From: Alphaproteobacteria bacterium
Lineage (GTDB): Bacteria; Pseudomonadota; Alphaproteobacteria; UBA8317
Assembly (NCBI GenBank): GCA_038131935.1
Contig: JAYPQH010000030.1
Location: 1 to 64,000 of the forward strand
DNA: 64,000 bases
Reading direction: 5' to 3'
Part shown: one piece after another, positions 20,643-30,974 of the stretch
Layout of the letters: every line of letters starts with the position of its first letter
Numbering within the stretch: position 1 is the stretch's first letter
Translations under genes and position numbers: made by a program
Notes under the pieces: generated by a model
Seen by the model: the letters and a program-made list of their open reading frames with translations, nothing else
Databases searched by the model: none
What the model was told of the DNA's origin: nothing

Positions 20643-21089
20643 ATGAAACTTACTGCTTATACGAACTTTGCCTTAAGAATGTTGATGTATGTTGCCCTCA
20701 AGGAAGGTGAGCCAGCAACAGTGAAAGAAATCGCTGATGCTTACAATATTTCTATCAATCATCTTAAAAAAGCAGCGATTGAGTTGAACAAACAAGGCTA
20801 CCTAAAAACCATTCAAGGGCGCTATGGTGGCTATATCTTGGCAAAGAAACCAGAAACTATCGTGATTGGTGAGGTGGTACGCATCACTGAGGGGCAGATG
20901 GAACTGGTGGAATGTTTCAATTCTGCTACAAATACCTGCCCGTTGATCGATGTTTGTAGGTTATCTAGGTTGTTTAAAAAGGCTCTTAAGGCATTTTTGG
21001 ATGTTTTGGATGAGGTAACCTTGGCAGATATGCTGACCCAACCAGACATATTGCGACCCTTGTTGCAGATAGAAACAACAGAACAGTGA
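20643..21089 (+). CDS. Rrf2-family regulator, NsrR-like with three Fe-S Cys
   Basis: MKLTAYTNFALRMLMY, ISINHLKK, GRYGGY.LA, ECF-x6-C-x5-C. Confidence 0.88.
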   Translation: MKLTAYTNFALRMLMYVALKEGEPATVKEIADAYNISINHLKKAAIELNKQGYLKTIQGRYGGYILAKKPETIVIGEVVRITEGQMELVECFNSATNTCPLIDVCRLSRLFKKALKAFLDVLDEVTLADMLTQPDILRPLLQIETTEQ

Positions 21090-21111
21090 TCCGATGTACA
21101 TCCATCTTCAT

Positions 21112-22188
21112 CTAGCCATGACGATCAAGTGAACGTCCCTCTTTTTTAAGTTTTTTAACCAAAACCTGTCGGACTTTAATGCCTGCACTGTCTCCAGCCA
21201 TGGTGATTTCTGGGTACTGCAAACCTGTAGGATCTTGCGTTACATTTTCTTGAAGCTGTTCAAGCAGGACACGATCTTCTTGGAACGCTTGACTGATGGC
21301 CTTAAATGTCGATTTTTGGACATCTTCAGATAGATTGGGTACATCAAAAGCTGCCCCCCAAAAATAATGTGATTGTCCCTTTTTTGCGGGGGTAACCACA
21401 TGGCAACCACGCATCAAATAATCTGTTCGTGTGTCTGTTGGTTGACCAAGGACGTGAATATGCCAATCGGAAAAAGATACCGCCAAGCTTGGCATCAATC
21501 CCACTTGCTTTCGTTTCACGGGTTGATCCTCTGAGATGCCAATGCCAGCACAAAACAGAGGTGAAAGGGTGCTTGGGGCAAAATCTTGTTCATAGCGAAC
21601 CATATCACCATCAAGGTAACTTTCAGCAGGTGTCACCCAATCATTTTGACGGAATGTGTTCTGATGCAAGAAGGGAATATGTAAGATCCATTACATTTCT
21701 CTGATCAGTATCCAATTGGCCGCAACATGATAATAACCACGAACAAATGACCATTTGGGGTGGGTTGAGTAACCCATATCCACAGGCGGTTCTGTAATCA
21801 TGTCTGGATCACCCATCCAAATCCATACAAAAGCACCCGTTTCAAATGTTGGAAAGCTTCGTACATGCGCTGATTTTGGTGGGTGGGTATTGGTCGGTGC
21901 AGCAACACATTTCCCATCTGATGAGAATTCCATGCCATGGTAAGGGCAAACGATGTGACCTTGTTTTACGCAACCTTGCGATAATGGTGCCCACCGATGG
22001 GGACAGCGATCATATAATGCCACGGGTTTGTTTTCTGCATCTCTATAAAGAACAATAGGGGTGTCTAAGATCCAGCGACAAAAAGGTTGCTCTGTGATTT
22101 CCTCTCCAAATGCTGCAACCCACCACATTTGACGTGGGCAGTTGTCTTCAAGAATGCCATTTGGAATTTTTTGTCCCATATCCATCAA
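21112..22188 (-). CDS. Rieske non-heme iron oxygenase alpha subunit, VanA/O-demethylase-like (frameshift near 21695)
   Basis: CPHR...CPYHG Rieske motif; corrected EN.MD..H...H iron site; C-terminal AFQED. Confidence 0.88.
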
Positions 22189-22429
22189 TGTCTCTCGCTA
22201 CGATTGTTTTTAGAGTCTCTCTCTGCACTTATGAGAGAAGACGCCTATCTGCGGCTTAACCCTCTGAAGTCTGTATATTCATTGCAGGATGCCTTAGGCC
22301 GGTTTTGTAATCAATAAAAACCAAAAAATAGGTAACAGGGCCATAGAAGAGACGAATGCTTTCAGTTGGCAAATCCTATGCTATGATCAATATGATGGCA
22401 CACATGAGGTGCTTGAGTAGGAGGATGGG

Positions 22430-23602
22430 TTGTTAGGTGGTTTTGATTATAACTTGGTAAGCAGTCTACTCTCTCCTTTTGTTGCCATGTTTCTTGCTTT
22501 GGTTGATATTCAACCTGACACACGTGGGCGTATGGCTGAAGCTTTTATCAGTACCTCGCTTATTTCGCTGCGTTCCATGGGCATCAATGCAACCTATGAT
22601 GACTTGATTGTTGATCCAGGCAGCAATGAAATTTTGATCAACAATGTTCAGTTTCAATTCCATCTTCATGATGAGATTTGTAACTTCGACAGCCTTGATG
22701 AAAGTATTCGTATTGGGCGCTCTCATGAGACAAGAATGTATGTGATCAATCCAGAACAAAGCTTGGAGAGTTGGTGGTCAGATCCGTGCCAATCCACAAT
22801 TTCCATCCCACAATTAAGATTAACGGGGATAGGGCTTCGACCAGAGGTCGATATGAATTTTGGTCTGGAACTTCAAGAGGCCACCTTGCAGCTCAAGGCT
22901 TTCAATACACCCAAATGGGAAGCCCTTAAGTTGGCAACGGGTCTTAAAGAAAATTTGACATTGGATTTTTCTCTATCGGCAGCGATGAACAATGGTCGAA
23001 ACCAAATGGATGTTCGTTGGGAAATGTCATCCGAAAAATTATTTGCGCTGTTTATGGAAGCTTCGGTGGATCAAGTCGTCTTCAGAAGCGCTGGAGATTA
23101 TGTTCCATTTGTCAGCGGCCGACTTGTAAAATTCAATACAAGATTGGACAATTTAGGGTTTTTGAAAGCGATGCAAACCTTACATGCAATGACAGGTGGC
23201 GTTATACCTCTAGAAGAAATCCTTTTGGATAGCATGCCGGATTTAACATTAGAAAACGCAATCATATACCCTACCTATGCAAGTTTTCATGATAAATTGG
23301 CACAATTTCTTACCCAAGGTAGCTCTCTTGAATGCCTGCGGCGCTCACCTCATCCATTTAACAATTGGTTTTCTCATGCCTTAGAAGATGATCCAGGTAT
23401 CATTTGGCCATTTTTCTGCGAGATCATGATGGTGGATCAAAACCTTATTCATGCGCAACATGTGAAGGAAGACCTTATTCAACAATTGTTGGATGACAAT
23501 AAACAATTAACCCAGCAGCTGCGGGCGGAGCATATTGCGCATATGAGGAGAAAGATATTGTTGGAAGAGATGCAGAAAGAAGACAACAAGACAAGAAAAT
23601 AA
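22430..23602 (+). CDS. Hypothetical protein with hydrophobic N-terminus and coiled-coil C-terminus
   Basis: 390-codon intact ORF preceded by AGGAGG; no recognisable motif. Confidence 0.6.
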   Translation: MLGGFDYNLVSSLLSPFVAMFLALVDIQPDTRGRMAEAFISTSLISLRSMGINATYDDLIVDPGSNEILINNVQFQFHLHDEICNFDSLDESIRIGRSHETRMYVINPEQSLESWWSDPCQSTISIPQLRLTGIGLRPEVDMNFGLELQEATLQLKAFNTPKWEALKLATGLKENLTLDFSLSAAMNNGRNQMDVRWEMSSEKLFALFMEASVDQVVFRSAGDYVPFVSGRLVKFNTRLDNLGFLKAMQTLHAMTGGVIPLEEILLDSMPDLTLENAIIYPTYASFHDKLAQFLTQGSSLECLRRSPHPFNNWFSHALEDDPGIIWPFFCEIMMVDQNLIHAQHVKEDLIQQLLDDNKQLTQQLRAEHIAHMRRKILLEEMQKEDNKTRK

Positions 23603-23631
23603 AAAAAGATAGCTGTAGTTCTACCCGCTGC

Positions 23632-24057
23632 CTATCCCGATTGCCCAGCCAGCGCACTAATTGTCCCTGATGCAGGAAACATCGAGCGCATTTGTAATCG
23701 CCAATATTGATGTTTACAGGTAACAATCCAAAGCCCTTTGGCGGTTCCATAAGCCTGGTGGTCGGCATGCCTTCTCGAGAATGTGACCATGAATTGAACG
23801 GTTTGAGGCGCTACATGAATGATGTCATGTTGATCTAATGTTGAATATGACCATGACTCAAATTTTTTCATACGCACCAATTGGGGCTGTAACGCAGTCC
23901 AAAATTGATCAGGATCTGTGTAAATAATGGGATCCAACCCATCAGAATGTGTGGCATGTGGAAAATGTAGCTGGTTTATAATCCTATCTTTTTCCATGCT
24001 GTTGAATGCATCAATAAATGTGAACAAAGCCTTCGTTGCCAAGGTTTTAGAATCCAT
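23632..24057 (-). CDS. SnoaL/NTF2-like hypothetical protein
   Basis: FIDAFN...LHFPH...WSYS.LD...LWIVT...W pattern; GGAGG RBS. Confidence 0.6.
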   Translation of the reverse strand: MDSKTLATKALFTFIDAFNSMEKDRIINQLHFPHATHSDGLDPIIYTDPDQFWTALQPQLVRMKKFESWSYSTLDQHDIIHVAPQTVQFMVTFSRRHADHQAYGTAKGLWIVTCKHQYWRLQMRSMFPASGTISALAGQSG

Positions 24058-24103
24058 GAAGCCTCCCATTTCTCTTCCTGTGATGACAATGATGCAGGTG
24101 AAA

Positions 24104-24700
24104 TCATTTGTTTTGTACCATATACAACACTTCGTTACGCCTGAGGAAACCGGGCGTGCTCGGATCATTGTAGAACAGATAATAAGGCTTAGAGGCTGCT
24201 ATATAGCCTCTTTCTTGTAGCCATAAGTTCAATTGTTGAGCTTTCTCTTGGAACATTTGCTCAGTTGCACGTCCACAGAACCGAGAGACTGCTGTGAGGT
24301 TCGGATCAAATTCGCGCATGAAAATATCTGTGTTTTTCGCAGTGGGTAGGGTTCGTGAATGATATTGTGAGGGCATGGAGAAAGAAACAATCCATTCCCC
24401 TGTTTCATCTCCTTGGGTTTGCATCACAGGTGCCGTCATGGAAATTTTCTGACCATCTCGGTCTTTCGCTCCAATATAACGTGCCAGAGGAACAAAACCT
24501 TTTCCCAATGCCTCGCGTTGTGCACCTTTTGTCGTAATCGAGGTGAGCAGCATTTGTTGGTATTGACGAATTTCCAAATTACCTTGTTTGTCGATGACTT
24601 TGTATTTTGGTTGCTCCAAAAAGTGAGGCAATAGCCACCAGAACAAAAAGGCGCCAAGGATAAGAGCAACAACGATAAATAAAAGTATTTTCATGGTCAT
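24104..24700 (-). CDS. SOUL heme-binding protein
   Basis: EQPKY.V...EIRQY, GF..LARYI, KISMTAPV, YNDP.TPGFLRRNEV. Confidence 0.9.
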   Translation of the reverse strand: MTMKILLFIVVALILGAFLFWWLLPHFLEQPKYKVIDKQGNLEIRQYQQMLLTSITTKGAQREALGKGFVPLARYIGAKDRDGQKISMTAPVMQTQGDETGEWIVSFSMPSQYHSRTLPTAKNTDIFMREFDPNLTAVSRFCGRATEQMFQEKAQQLNLWLQERGYIAASKPYYLFYNDPSTPGFLRRNEVLYMVQNK

Positions 24701-24919
24701 GCTGTTAAATCCATTTTGTATTCACTCTTCTTGTTTATTCAGAGCCTGTTTAAAGATGTTGTTGTTCTTAACCCTTGCCATCTTATCTCGCTCAACCTGA
24801 TCAACAGACATTCTGTCTTCCTCGCGTAAAATTGGTGCAAAAAGTGATATGGTCAATTTTTGCGGAGATGAGCATACTGTGCAGTCTAAACCTATTTTTA
24901 TGTTGGTGGGGAAGGCGCG

Positions 24920-26206
24920 ATGAAACAGATAGCTTCTCAGAAAGATTGGATTGAACGTGCAAGACAAGTGTTGCCAGCTGGGGGCTTTGGCAACTTTGAT
25001 CCTCATATTGTTATCCGGGAAGGTCGAGCGGCTCGGATTTGGGATGAAGATGGTCGCGAGTATGTAGACTATTTGATTGGATCTGGCCCTATGCTTTTGG
25101 GGCATGGCCATCCCGAAGTGCTTGAGACTATCTTTGAAACAGTTTCCATGGGCCAAACATTTTTTGCCAATAATCGATGGGGTATCATGCTCGCAGAGGA
25201 AATCTGTGAGGCTGTGGCTTGCATAGATCAGTTGCGCTATGTGTCTTCAGGTGGAGAGGCGGATATGTATGCCATGCGCCTAGCAAGAGCTTACACCGGA
25301 CGACAGAAAATCATTAAATTTGAAGGTGGGTATCATGGGATGTCTGCAGAGGCTCAGATGAGCCTTGCACCAGAAAGATCTGTGCCATTTCCAGAAGCGA
25401 TCCCAGATAGTGCGGGAATTTCTGCAAAAGTAGCGCAGGACATCCTCGTCGCTCCATTTAATGACATCTCATACCTCGAAATGCTTCTCCCAAAGTTTCA
25501 AGATGAAGTTGCTGCCATCATCGTGGAGCCATTGCAAAGAATTATTCCCCCCGTTGATGGGTTCTTACAATATTTACGGGAGGCTTGTGATCGATACGGT
25601 ATTCTCTTGATATTTGATGAAATCGTGACGGGTTTTCGTTTGGCCTATGGAGGAGCACAAGAATATTATGGCGTGACACCAGATCTTTGTACGTTGGGTA
25701 AAGTGATTGGGGGAGGTTTCCCTCTTGCAGCCATTGGTGGTCGGCGAGAAATCATGGACCATTTTGATAAGGATAAAGTAGGTTCTCAACAGTGGTTAAT
25801 GCAAATCGGTACGTTATCAGGAAACCCTGTGGCTGCGGCTGCTGGACATAAAAGTCTTGAAATTTTGCGCCGTGAAGGCGCCTATGTCCAACTCCGGCAA
25901 ACTGGTCAATCAATCATGGAGGCGATCGATCGCGCCCTTGGTTCAGTTGGTGTGTCTTATCATATTGTAGGTGACCCAACCCTATTTGATGTCCTGTTTT
26001 GCCCAGAAAAACCACGGCATTATAGGGATACATTGAAGGTCAACCAACAGCATGCCCAAATCTGGAACAGCTGCTTGCGTCAAAAGGGTGTTTTTAAATC
26101 ACCTGGAAAAATATATCCCTGCTTGGCCTTAACCGAGGCAGATCTGCAACATACAACAGAGGCCATCAACCAAGCTGCATTGGCGCTGGGGGAGGCTATG
26201 GGTTAG
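24920..26206 (+). CDS. Class-III PLP aminotransferase, GSA-aminomutase-like paralogue
   Basis: FEGGYHG, LIFDEIVTGFR, GKVIGGGFP, GTLSGNP. Confidence 0.88.
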   Translation: MKQIASQKDWIERARQVLPAGGFGNFDPHIVIREGRAARIWDEDGREYVDYLIGSGPMLLGHGHPEVLETIFETVSMGQTFFANNRWGIMLAEEICEAVACIDQLRYVSSGGEADMYAMRLARAYTGRQKIIKFEGGYHGMSAEAQMSLAPERSVPFPEAIPDSAGISAKVAQDILVAPFNDISYLEMLLPKFQDEVAAIIVEPLQRIIPPVDGFLQYLREACDRYGILLIFDEIVTGFRLAYGGAQEYYGVTPDLCTLGKVIGGGFPLAAIGGRREIMDHFDKDKVGSQQWLMQIGTLSGNPVAAAAGHKSLEILRREGAYVQLRQTGQSIMEAIDRALGSVGVSYHIVGDPTLFDVLFCPEKPRHYRDTLKVNQQHAQIWNSCLRQKGVFKSPGKIYPCLALTEADLQHTTEAINQAALALGEAMG

Positions 26207-26212
26207 TTATGT

Positions 26213-26857
26213 TCAGCGCGCAAGAGGCTCGATGGTTTGCGCTGTGGGTTGGGTCGTAAGGAAAGAGGGGCGGTCTTTGTGATGTTCCCAAAAACGCGTG
26301 AGGTTGGGATACGCTGATCTCCAGTCAAGCTCAGGATAACGCAAATCAAGATATTCTAAGCTGGAGAACCCGCCAACATCTGCAATCGTTATATGATCGC
26401 CCACAAAATGAAGGCGATCCTCCAATTTATTGGAGAGAAAATGGGTGGCTTCAGCTATTTTTCTTTGCTGTCGGTCAATCCAGTCCTGACTGCGCAAGTC
26501 AGTTGTCCTTGCATGTTCAAGAAAATTAAGGACAACCGCATCACAAAGGCCATCAGCGGCTGTTTCAATGATGCGCGCGTTAAGGTTCTCTTCGGGGTTT
26601 TGAGGATACATCAAAGCTGTAGGGAATTTTATATCAAGATACTGAACGATAATTCTACTGTCGAAAAAAGATTGTCCTTCGTCTTCCAGCAAAATAGGAA
26701 TTTTCCCTAATGGATTTAGCCCTTTCGTGATCGTGTTCTTGTTCCAAGGAACATCAATAATCTCTTCAAAAGGGACGTTCTTTTCCCGCAAGGCCACCCT
26801 CGCTTTTCTGGCAAATGGACTAGGCGTGGCAATGATCAATTTCATCTTTGGTCTCAC
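26213..26857 (-). CDS. Glutathione S-transferase family protein
   Basis: SPFARK, NPLGKIPIL, DSRIIVQYLD. Confidence 0.9.
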   Translation of the reverse strand: MRPKMKLIIATPSPFARKARVALREKNVPFEEIIDVPWNKNTITKGLNPLGKIPILLEDEGQSFFDSRIIVQYLDIKFPTALMYPQNPEENLNARIIETAADGLCDAVVLNFLEHARTTDLRSQDWIDRQQRKIAEATHFLSNKLEDRLHFVGDHITIADVGGFSSLEYLDLRYPELDWRSAYPNLTRFWEHHKDRPSFLTTQPTAQTIEPLAR

Positions 26858-26875
26858 AAAAATTTATTAAGAAAG

Positions 26876-27877
26876 TTAATGATTAAGAGCTGGTGTCCAG
26901 GCTCTTATATCTGCAGGGAATAATGTTTCTGGTGTGATGGCTTTCGAGATGATGCCTTGGTTAAAAGCATAGCGGCAGAGGGCTTCTAATTCAGAATAAT
27001 TTTCCTCAAACCCATATTGCCATTTGTCTGCACCCCAAAGCTCCAAACTTTCTCGCCATGCGTGAACACCCCAAGGATGCATGCTGTAAAGAGCTTGTTG
27101 CTCAGACAATTTGGCAAAACTGTAGGCCCTTGCAGCCTCAAATCCATTAAGGATCGGCAAAATTTTGTCACGATGTTGTTCGTACCAAGGCTGCCTTATC
27201 CCCATAACATGCATGATGGGAAACATATTTGACCGCACTGCGTAATCGCGTTCAGCCACCATAACATCATCAAACAATCGTTTGATCAGAGGATGTCCTT
27301 GTACAAAAACCAGCGGTGGTTTGTAAGCAAGAAGTGCGTCTAAGGAGCCTTCTTCTAACATTTCAGAGAGATTTTGTTCAGCATCTATGCTCTGTAAGCT
27401 AATGCCTGCAGGATGCATACGCTTGATGGGCGTCGTATCAGTATGGTCGGCAGCACCCATATACCAATCTATATCTTGTGCTTTTACATCATACTCATCT
27501 TCCAAAACACCCCGCGCGACGAGGGCTGCAGTCATGGAATATTCCCGAACACCCACACGTTTTCCTTTTAGGTCTTGAGGTTTGGTGATGCCCCGGTCTG
27601 TCCTTATGTAGAATGCTCCATGACGATAGCTTCGTGACGGAAATACCGGCAACCCCACATAAGGACAGCTGCCTTGCGTGGTAAGATATATGAAATTGCT
27701 GCATGACAATTCAGAAATATCATAGGGTTGATGATCAAAGGCGTTGGCAAAAATTTCTTCAAGAGGTGCTGTGATAAACCGTGGGGAAACACCCTGCATC
27801 TCCACGAGCCCTGCCATTAGGGGGAGAACGCGATCATTCACCCCCATGGCTATGGTCAGATCAGGATTTAAGGACAT
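26876..27877 (-). CDS. 4,5-dihydroxyphthalate decarboxylase-like / periplasmic-binding-fold protein
   Basis: DISELS.S, LPVFPSRSYRH, DLKGKRVGVREYSMTA, FPIMH; no signal peptide. Confidence 0.8.
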   Translation of the reverse strand: MSLNPDLTIAMGVNDRVLPLMAGLVEMQGVSPRFITAPLEEIFANAFDHQPYDISELSCSNFIYLTTQGSCPYVGLPVFPSRSYRHGAFYIRTDRGITKPQDLKGKRVGVREYSMTAALVARGVLEDEYDVKAQDIDWYMGAADHTDTTPIKRMHPAGISLQSIDAEQNLSEMLEEGSLDALLAYKPPLVFVQGHPLIKRLFDDVMVAERDYAVRSNMFPIMHVMGIRQPWYEQHRDKILPILNGFEAARAYSFAKLSEQQALYSMHPWGVHAWRESLELWGADKWQYGFEENYSELEALCRYAFNQGIISKAITPETLFPADIRAWTPALNH

Positions 27878-28852
27878 CTAGGCCTCAACGGTGAGAATGG
27901 TTGAACCTGTTGTTTTTCTCCCCTCCAGGGCGGCATGCGCATGAGCGGCGTCTTTTAAGGGAAAGGTTTGGTTGATCTCAATTTTTACACCCTGGCGGAC
28001 AGCGTCAAACAATGGTTGCGCGATGTCATTTGTGAGTGTTGGTGTTGCCGTGTGCGCCGCAAGGCCTGGCCGGGTATAGTATAAAGCCTTTGCTGCCAAG
28101 GCACTTCCAGGAACAGGAGGAACCGCTCCAGAAGCTGCGCCAAAGTTGGCGTAGCAACCAAATCGCGCCAAACATGCCAGAGATTGTTCATAAACCGAGG
28201 CGCCAACACCATCATAAACAACAGGAACACCCTCGCCATGAGTGAGTGATAAAACAGCTTCAGCAAAATCCTCTTCATTGTAGCGTATCACATGGTGACA
28301 ACCATATTGTCTTGCTAAGGCTTCTTTCTCAGGGCTGCCCACTGTGCCAATAACCTCCACACCTAAGCGGTCCAACCACTGACAGAGAATGAGGCCCACG
28401 CCTCCTGCAGCAGCATGTACAAGAACCTTTTGTCCTTTTTGGACCTTGAATGTTTTGTGGATAAGATAAGAGGCCGTCAAACCCTTTAACATCATAGCCG
28501 CAGCTTGCTGGTCAGAAATATCCTCTGGCAATTTGATAAGCCGTGACGCGGGATAGAGCCTTGCCTCCGCATAACTTCCTGGCGGCCCCATGACATAAGC
28601 AACCCTGTCCCCAGGGATAACTTCAGATACATCTGATCCCACGGCTTCCACGATCCCAACGGCTTCCATGCCAATAGAAGTTGGTAATGATAGAGGGTAG
28701 ATACCTTTTCGTTGGTAAACATCAATAAAGTTCAAGCCGACACAGGTTTGTTTGATCCGAGCTTCACCCGGTCCTGGATTGGGGACATCAATCTTTTGCC
28801 ATTGCATGACATCAGGTCCGCCATGGGCATGGATTTGGATTGCATAAGTCAT
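27878..28852 (-). CDS. qor: NADPH:quinone oxidoreductase (zeta-crystallin/Qor)
   Basis: GLNFIDVYQRKG.YP, HAAAGGVG, RKTTGS. Confidence 0.9.
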   Translation of the reverse strand: MTYAIQIHAHGGPDVMQWQKIDVPNPGPGEARIKQTCVGLNFIDVYQRKGIYPLSLPTSIGMEAVGIVEAVGSDVSEVIPGDRVAYVMGPPGSYAEARLYPASRLIKLPEDISDQQAAAMMLKGLTASYLIHKTFKVQKGQKVLVHAAAGGVGLILCQWLDRLGVEVIGTVGSPEKEALARQYGCHHVIRYNEEDFAEAVLSLTHGEGVPVVYDGVGASVYEQSLACLARFGCYANFGAASGAVPPVPGSALAAKALYYTRPGLAAHTATPTLTNDIAQPLFDAVRQGVKIEINQTFPLKDAAHAHAALEGRKTTGSTILTVEA

Positions 28853-28962
28853 AAAGTTGGCTCCTAAATTTGGATCAGATGGTCGTGGAGATATTCAGAT
28901 CAACCCTGATGATACCTCTGTTGTTAAAATCTTGCCAAGATTGATCTGAAAACAAAAAGAAC

Positions 28963-30046
28963 TCAAGTTTTTTGTGTCATCACGAAGGGTACAGCAGATT
29001 CCTGAGCAACATGGCGAACCTCATCCATTAAGGTTGCCGATATGGGAATGCCTTCATGTGCCCGTTGTGCATAAGCCAATCTCTCTGGATCACCCGGGAT
29101 CATGACCTTGTGATCGGGGTCTACAGGCTTTGTGTCGCGTAAAAGTTTTGCAATGCATCAAGGTCTACCCCAAAACCCTTGTCACCTCGGAGTCGATCTT
29201 GGTCGATGGCCATGAAAAATGACCAACATCAAATGTGGTTCGTTGCGGTTGACCATCTTCATCCAGGTGGCTTGTCCATGAATTGGATAAGGTGGCGCAC
29301 AAAATTTCTACCATCATGCCGAGTCCATGTCCTTTATGGCTTCCCAACACACGGTTTCCACCCAATGGGGTAAGTCGTCTTGCTGCGAAGGCTGTTGCAC
29401 CATCTGTCTCGGGAATCCCATCTTGGTTTAAAGCCCAACCCTCAGGTATAGACTTACCTGCACGTCTTGCGATGTTTAATTTGCCAACAGCCACGGTTGT
29501 GGTGGCCATATCAAGTCCAAATGGAGCATCCTGACAGGCAGGCGCTGCAAAAGCTAATGGGTTGGTCCCCAAGACGGCATCACGTCCAAAGGTTGGAACC
29601 ATGGCTGGCCCCGGCGCATTGGTCATGGCCATGCCGATCATATTCTGTTCTGTGGCACGCATGGCATAGTAGCCGGCTGCCCCAAAATGATTGGAATTGC
29701 CAACGCTGATCACGCCAACCCCATATAGTCTGGCGCGTTCGATGGCTAAATCCATGGCCATAACAGATGCCGGATGACCCAACGAACGATCTGCATCGAT
29801 ACGGGCCGCGGCGCCCAAGTCCACAGCTATATGAATATTGGGGTTGACGTTGATGATTCCTGTTTTTCGGCGCTCATGGTAAATGGGCAGCATACCGATG
29901 CCATGGCTATCGATCCCCGCAAGATCCGTGGTGACCATGGCTTCAGCAGTAATGTTGCTATGGGCTTCACTGACGCCCCATGCGCGCAACACCAATGTAA
30001 TTTGTTCCTTTACCAAGTCTCCAGGAACGGTCACAAAATCTACCAT
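28963..30046 (-). CDS. Ldh_2-family 2-hydroxyacid dehydrogenase, ComC/AllD-like (two frameshifts near the 3' end)
   Basis: GIDSHG, NSNHFGAAGYY, GTNPLAF, DMATT, HKGHGL; corrected tail ...VMIPGDPE...GIP ends at TGA 28963. Confidence 0.85.
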
Positions 30047-30446
30047 GGTCTTTTCCTTTTGTTGAATTAGTGGACATGCAAAAACATGATCCAAGATTTT
30101 GAGATCATGCCGATGAAAGCAAACCCTATTCAAGAGGGATTTTACAATAGATCATTTTTATGGGCCACGTGGCGATCTGTTCTTCATACCTTGATAGCCA
30201 AGGTCATGGATTGGGGATAGGGCGCATAAATATTGCTTTAATGCGCGCAATGATAAGGCAACCAACATGTGATTTTGGGGGTGTGTTGATCGGTAGCTCA
30301 ATGCTGAAAGCATCTATCAATCGCTGTGAGATAATGTATCATCTTATCACAAGGATATGGCTTGGTAGGTTGAAATCGGTATTTCTGAGCCTGTTCTCAT
30401 TACTTTTTTTGGTTGGTGATGGGGTTAAAAGGGAGAGGTTAAGCGT

Positions 30447-30974
30447 ATGGTTGAGCAGCAACAAGCGACCCATGATTGGTCTAAATTCATGTTTGATCAG
30501 TTGTATGAGGGAGGTATTAGAATATTTGCCCATATACCAGATGCAGGAAATGATAGGCTCATTCATTATGCAGGGCAGCAGGATGATACCCAAGTGGTGT
30601 TGTTAACAACTGAAGAAGAGGGGATTGCGATTTGTGCAGGTGTGGATCTCGCCCATCAACGTGGAATCTTATGCATGCAGTCCAGTGGTTTGGGAAATTG
30701 TGTCAATTACCTGTCATTGGTGAAGGCAGGTAAATTTCCTCTGCTGATGATGATTACAATGCGTGGTGATTATGGCGAACAAAACCCTTGGCAATATCCC
30801 ATGGGCGCAGCTGTTGAAGATGTTTTGGAGACCATGGGGGTGAGCATCTATAAAATTGAACAAGCTTCAGACGTGGATGTTGCTGTTCAAGGGGCGTTGC
30901 ATGCAACAGCTGCAGGCGCGCAAGCTGCAGCCATTGTTGTGGGACAAAAATTTTTGGGTGCGAAAGCATTTTGA
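30447..30974 (+). CDS. Sulfopyruvate/phosphonopyruvate decarboxylase alpha subunit, ComD-like
   Basis: IPDAG, LTTEEEG, MQSSGLGN, TMRG..GE.NPWQ.PMG. Confidence 0.8.
   Translation: MVEQQQATHDWSKFMFDQLYEGGIRIFAHIPDAGNDRLIHYAGQQDDTQVVLLTTEEEGIAICAGVDLAHQRGILCMQSSGLGNCVNYLSLVKAGKFPLLMMITMRGDYGEQNPWQYPMGAAVEDVLETMGVSIYKIEQASDVDVAVQGALHATAAGAQAAAIVVGQKFLGAKAF

Noticed and set aside
24920-26206. hemL (C5 tetrapyrrole pathway)
   Set aside because: It lacks the usual PGGVNSPVR N-terminal motif (has PAGGFGNF) and has no heme-synthesis context; treated as a paralogue.
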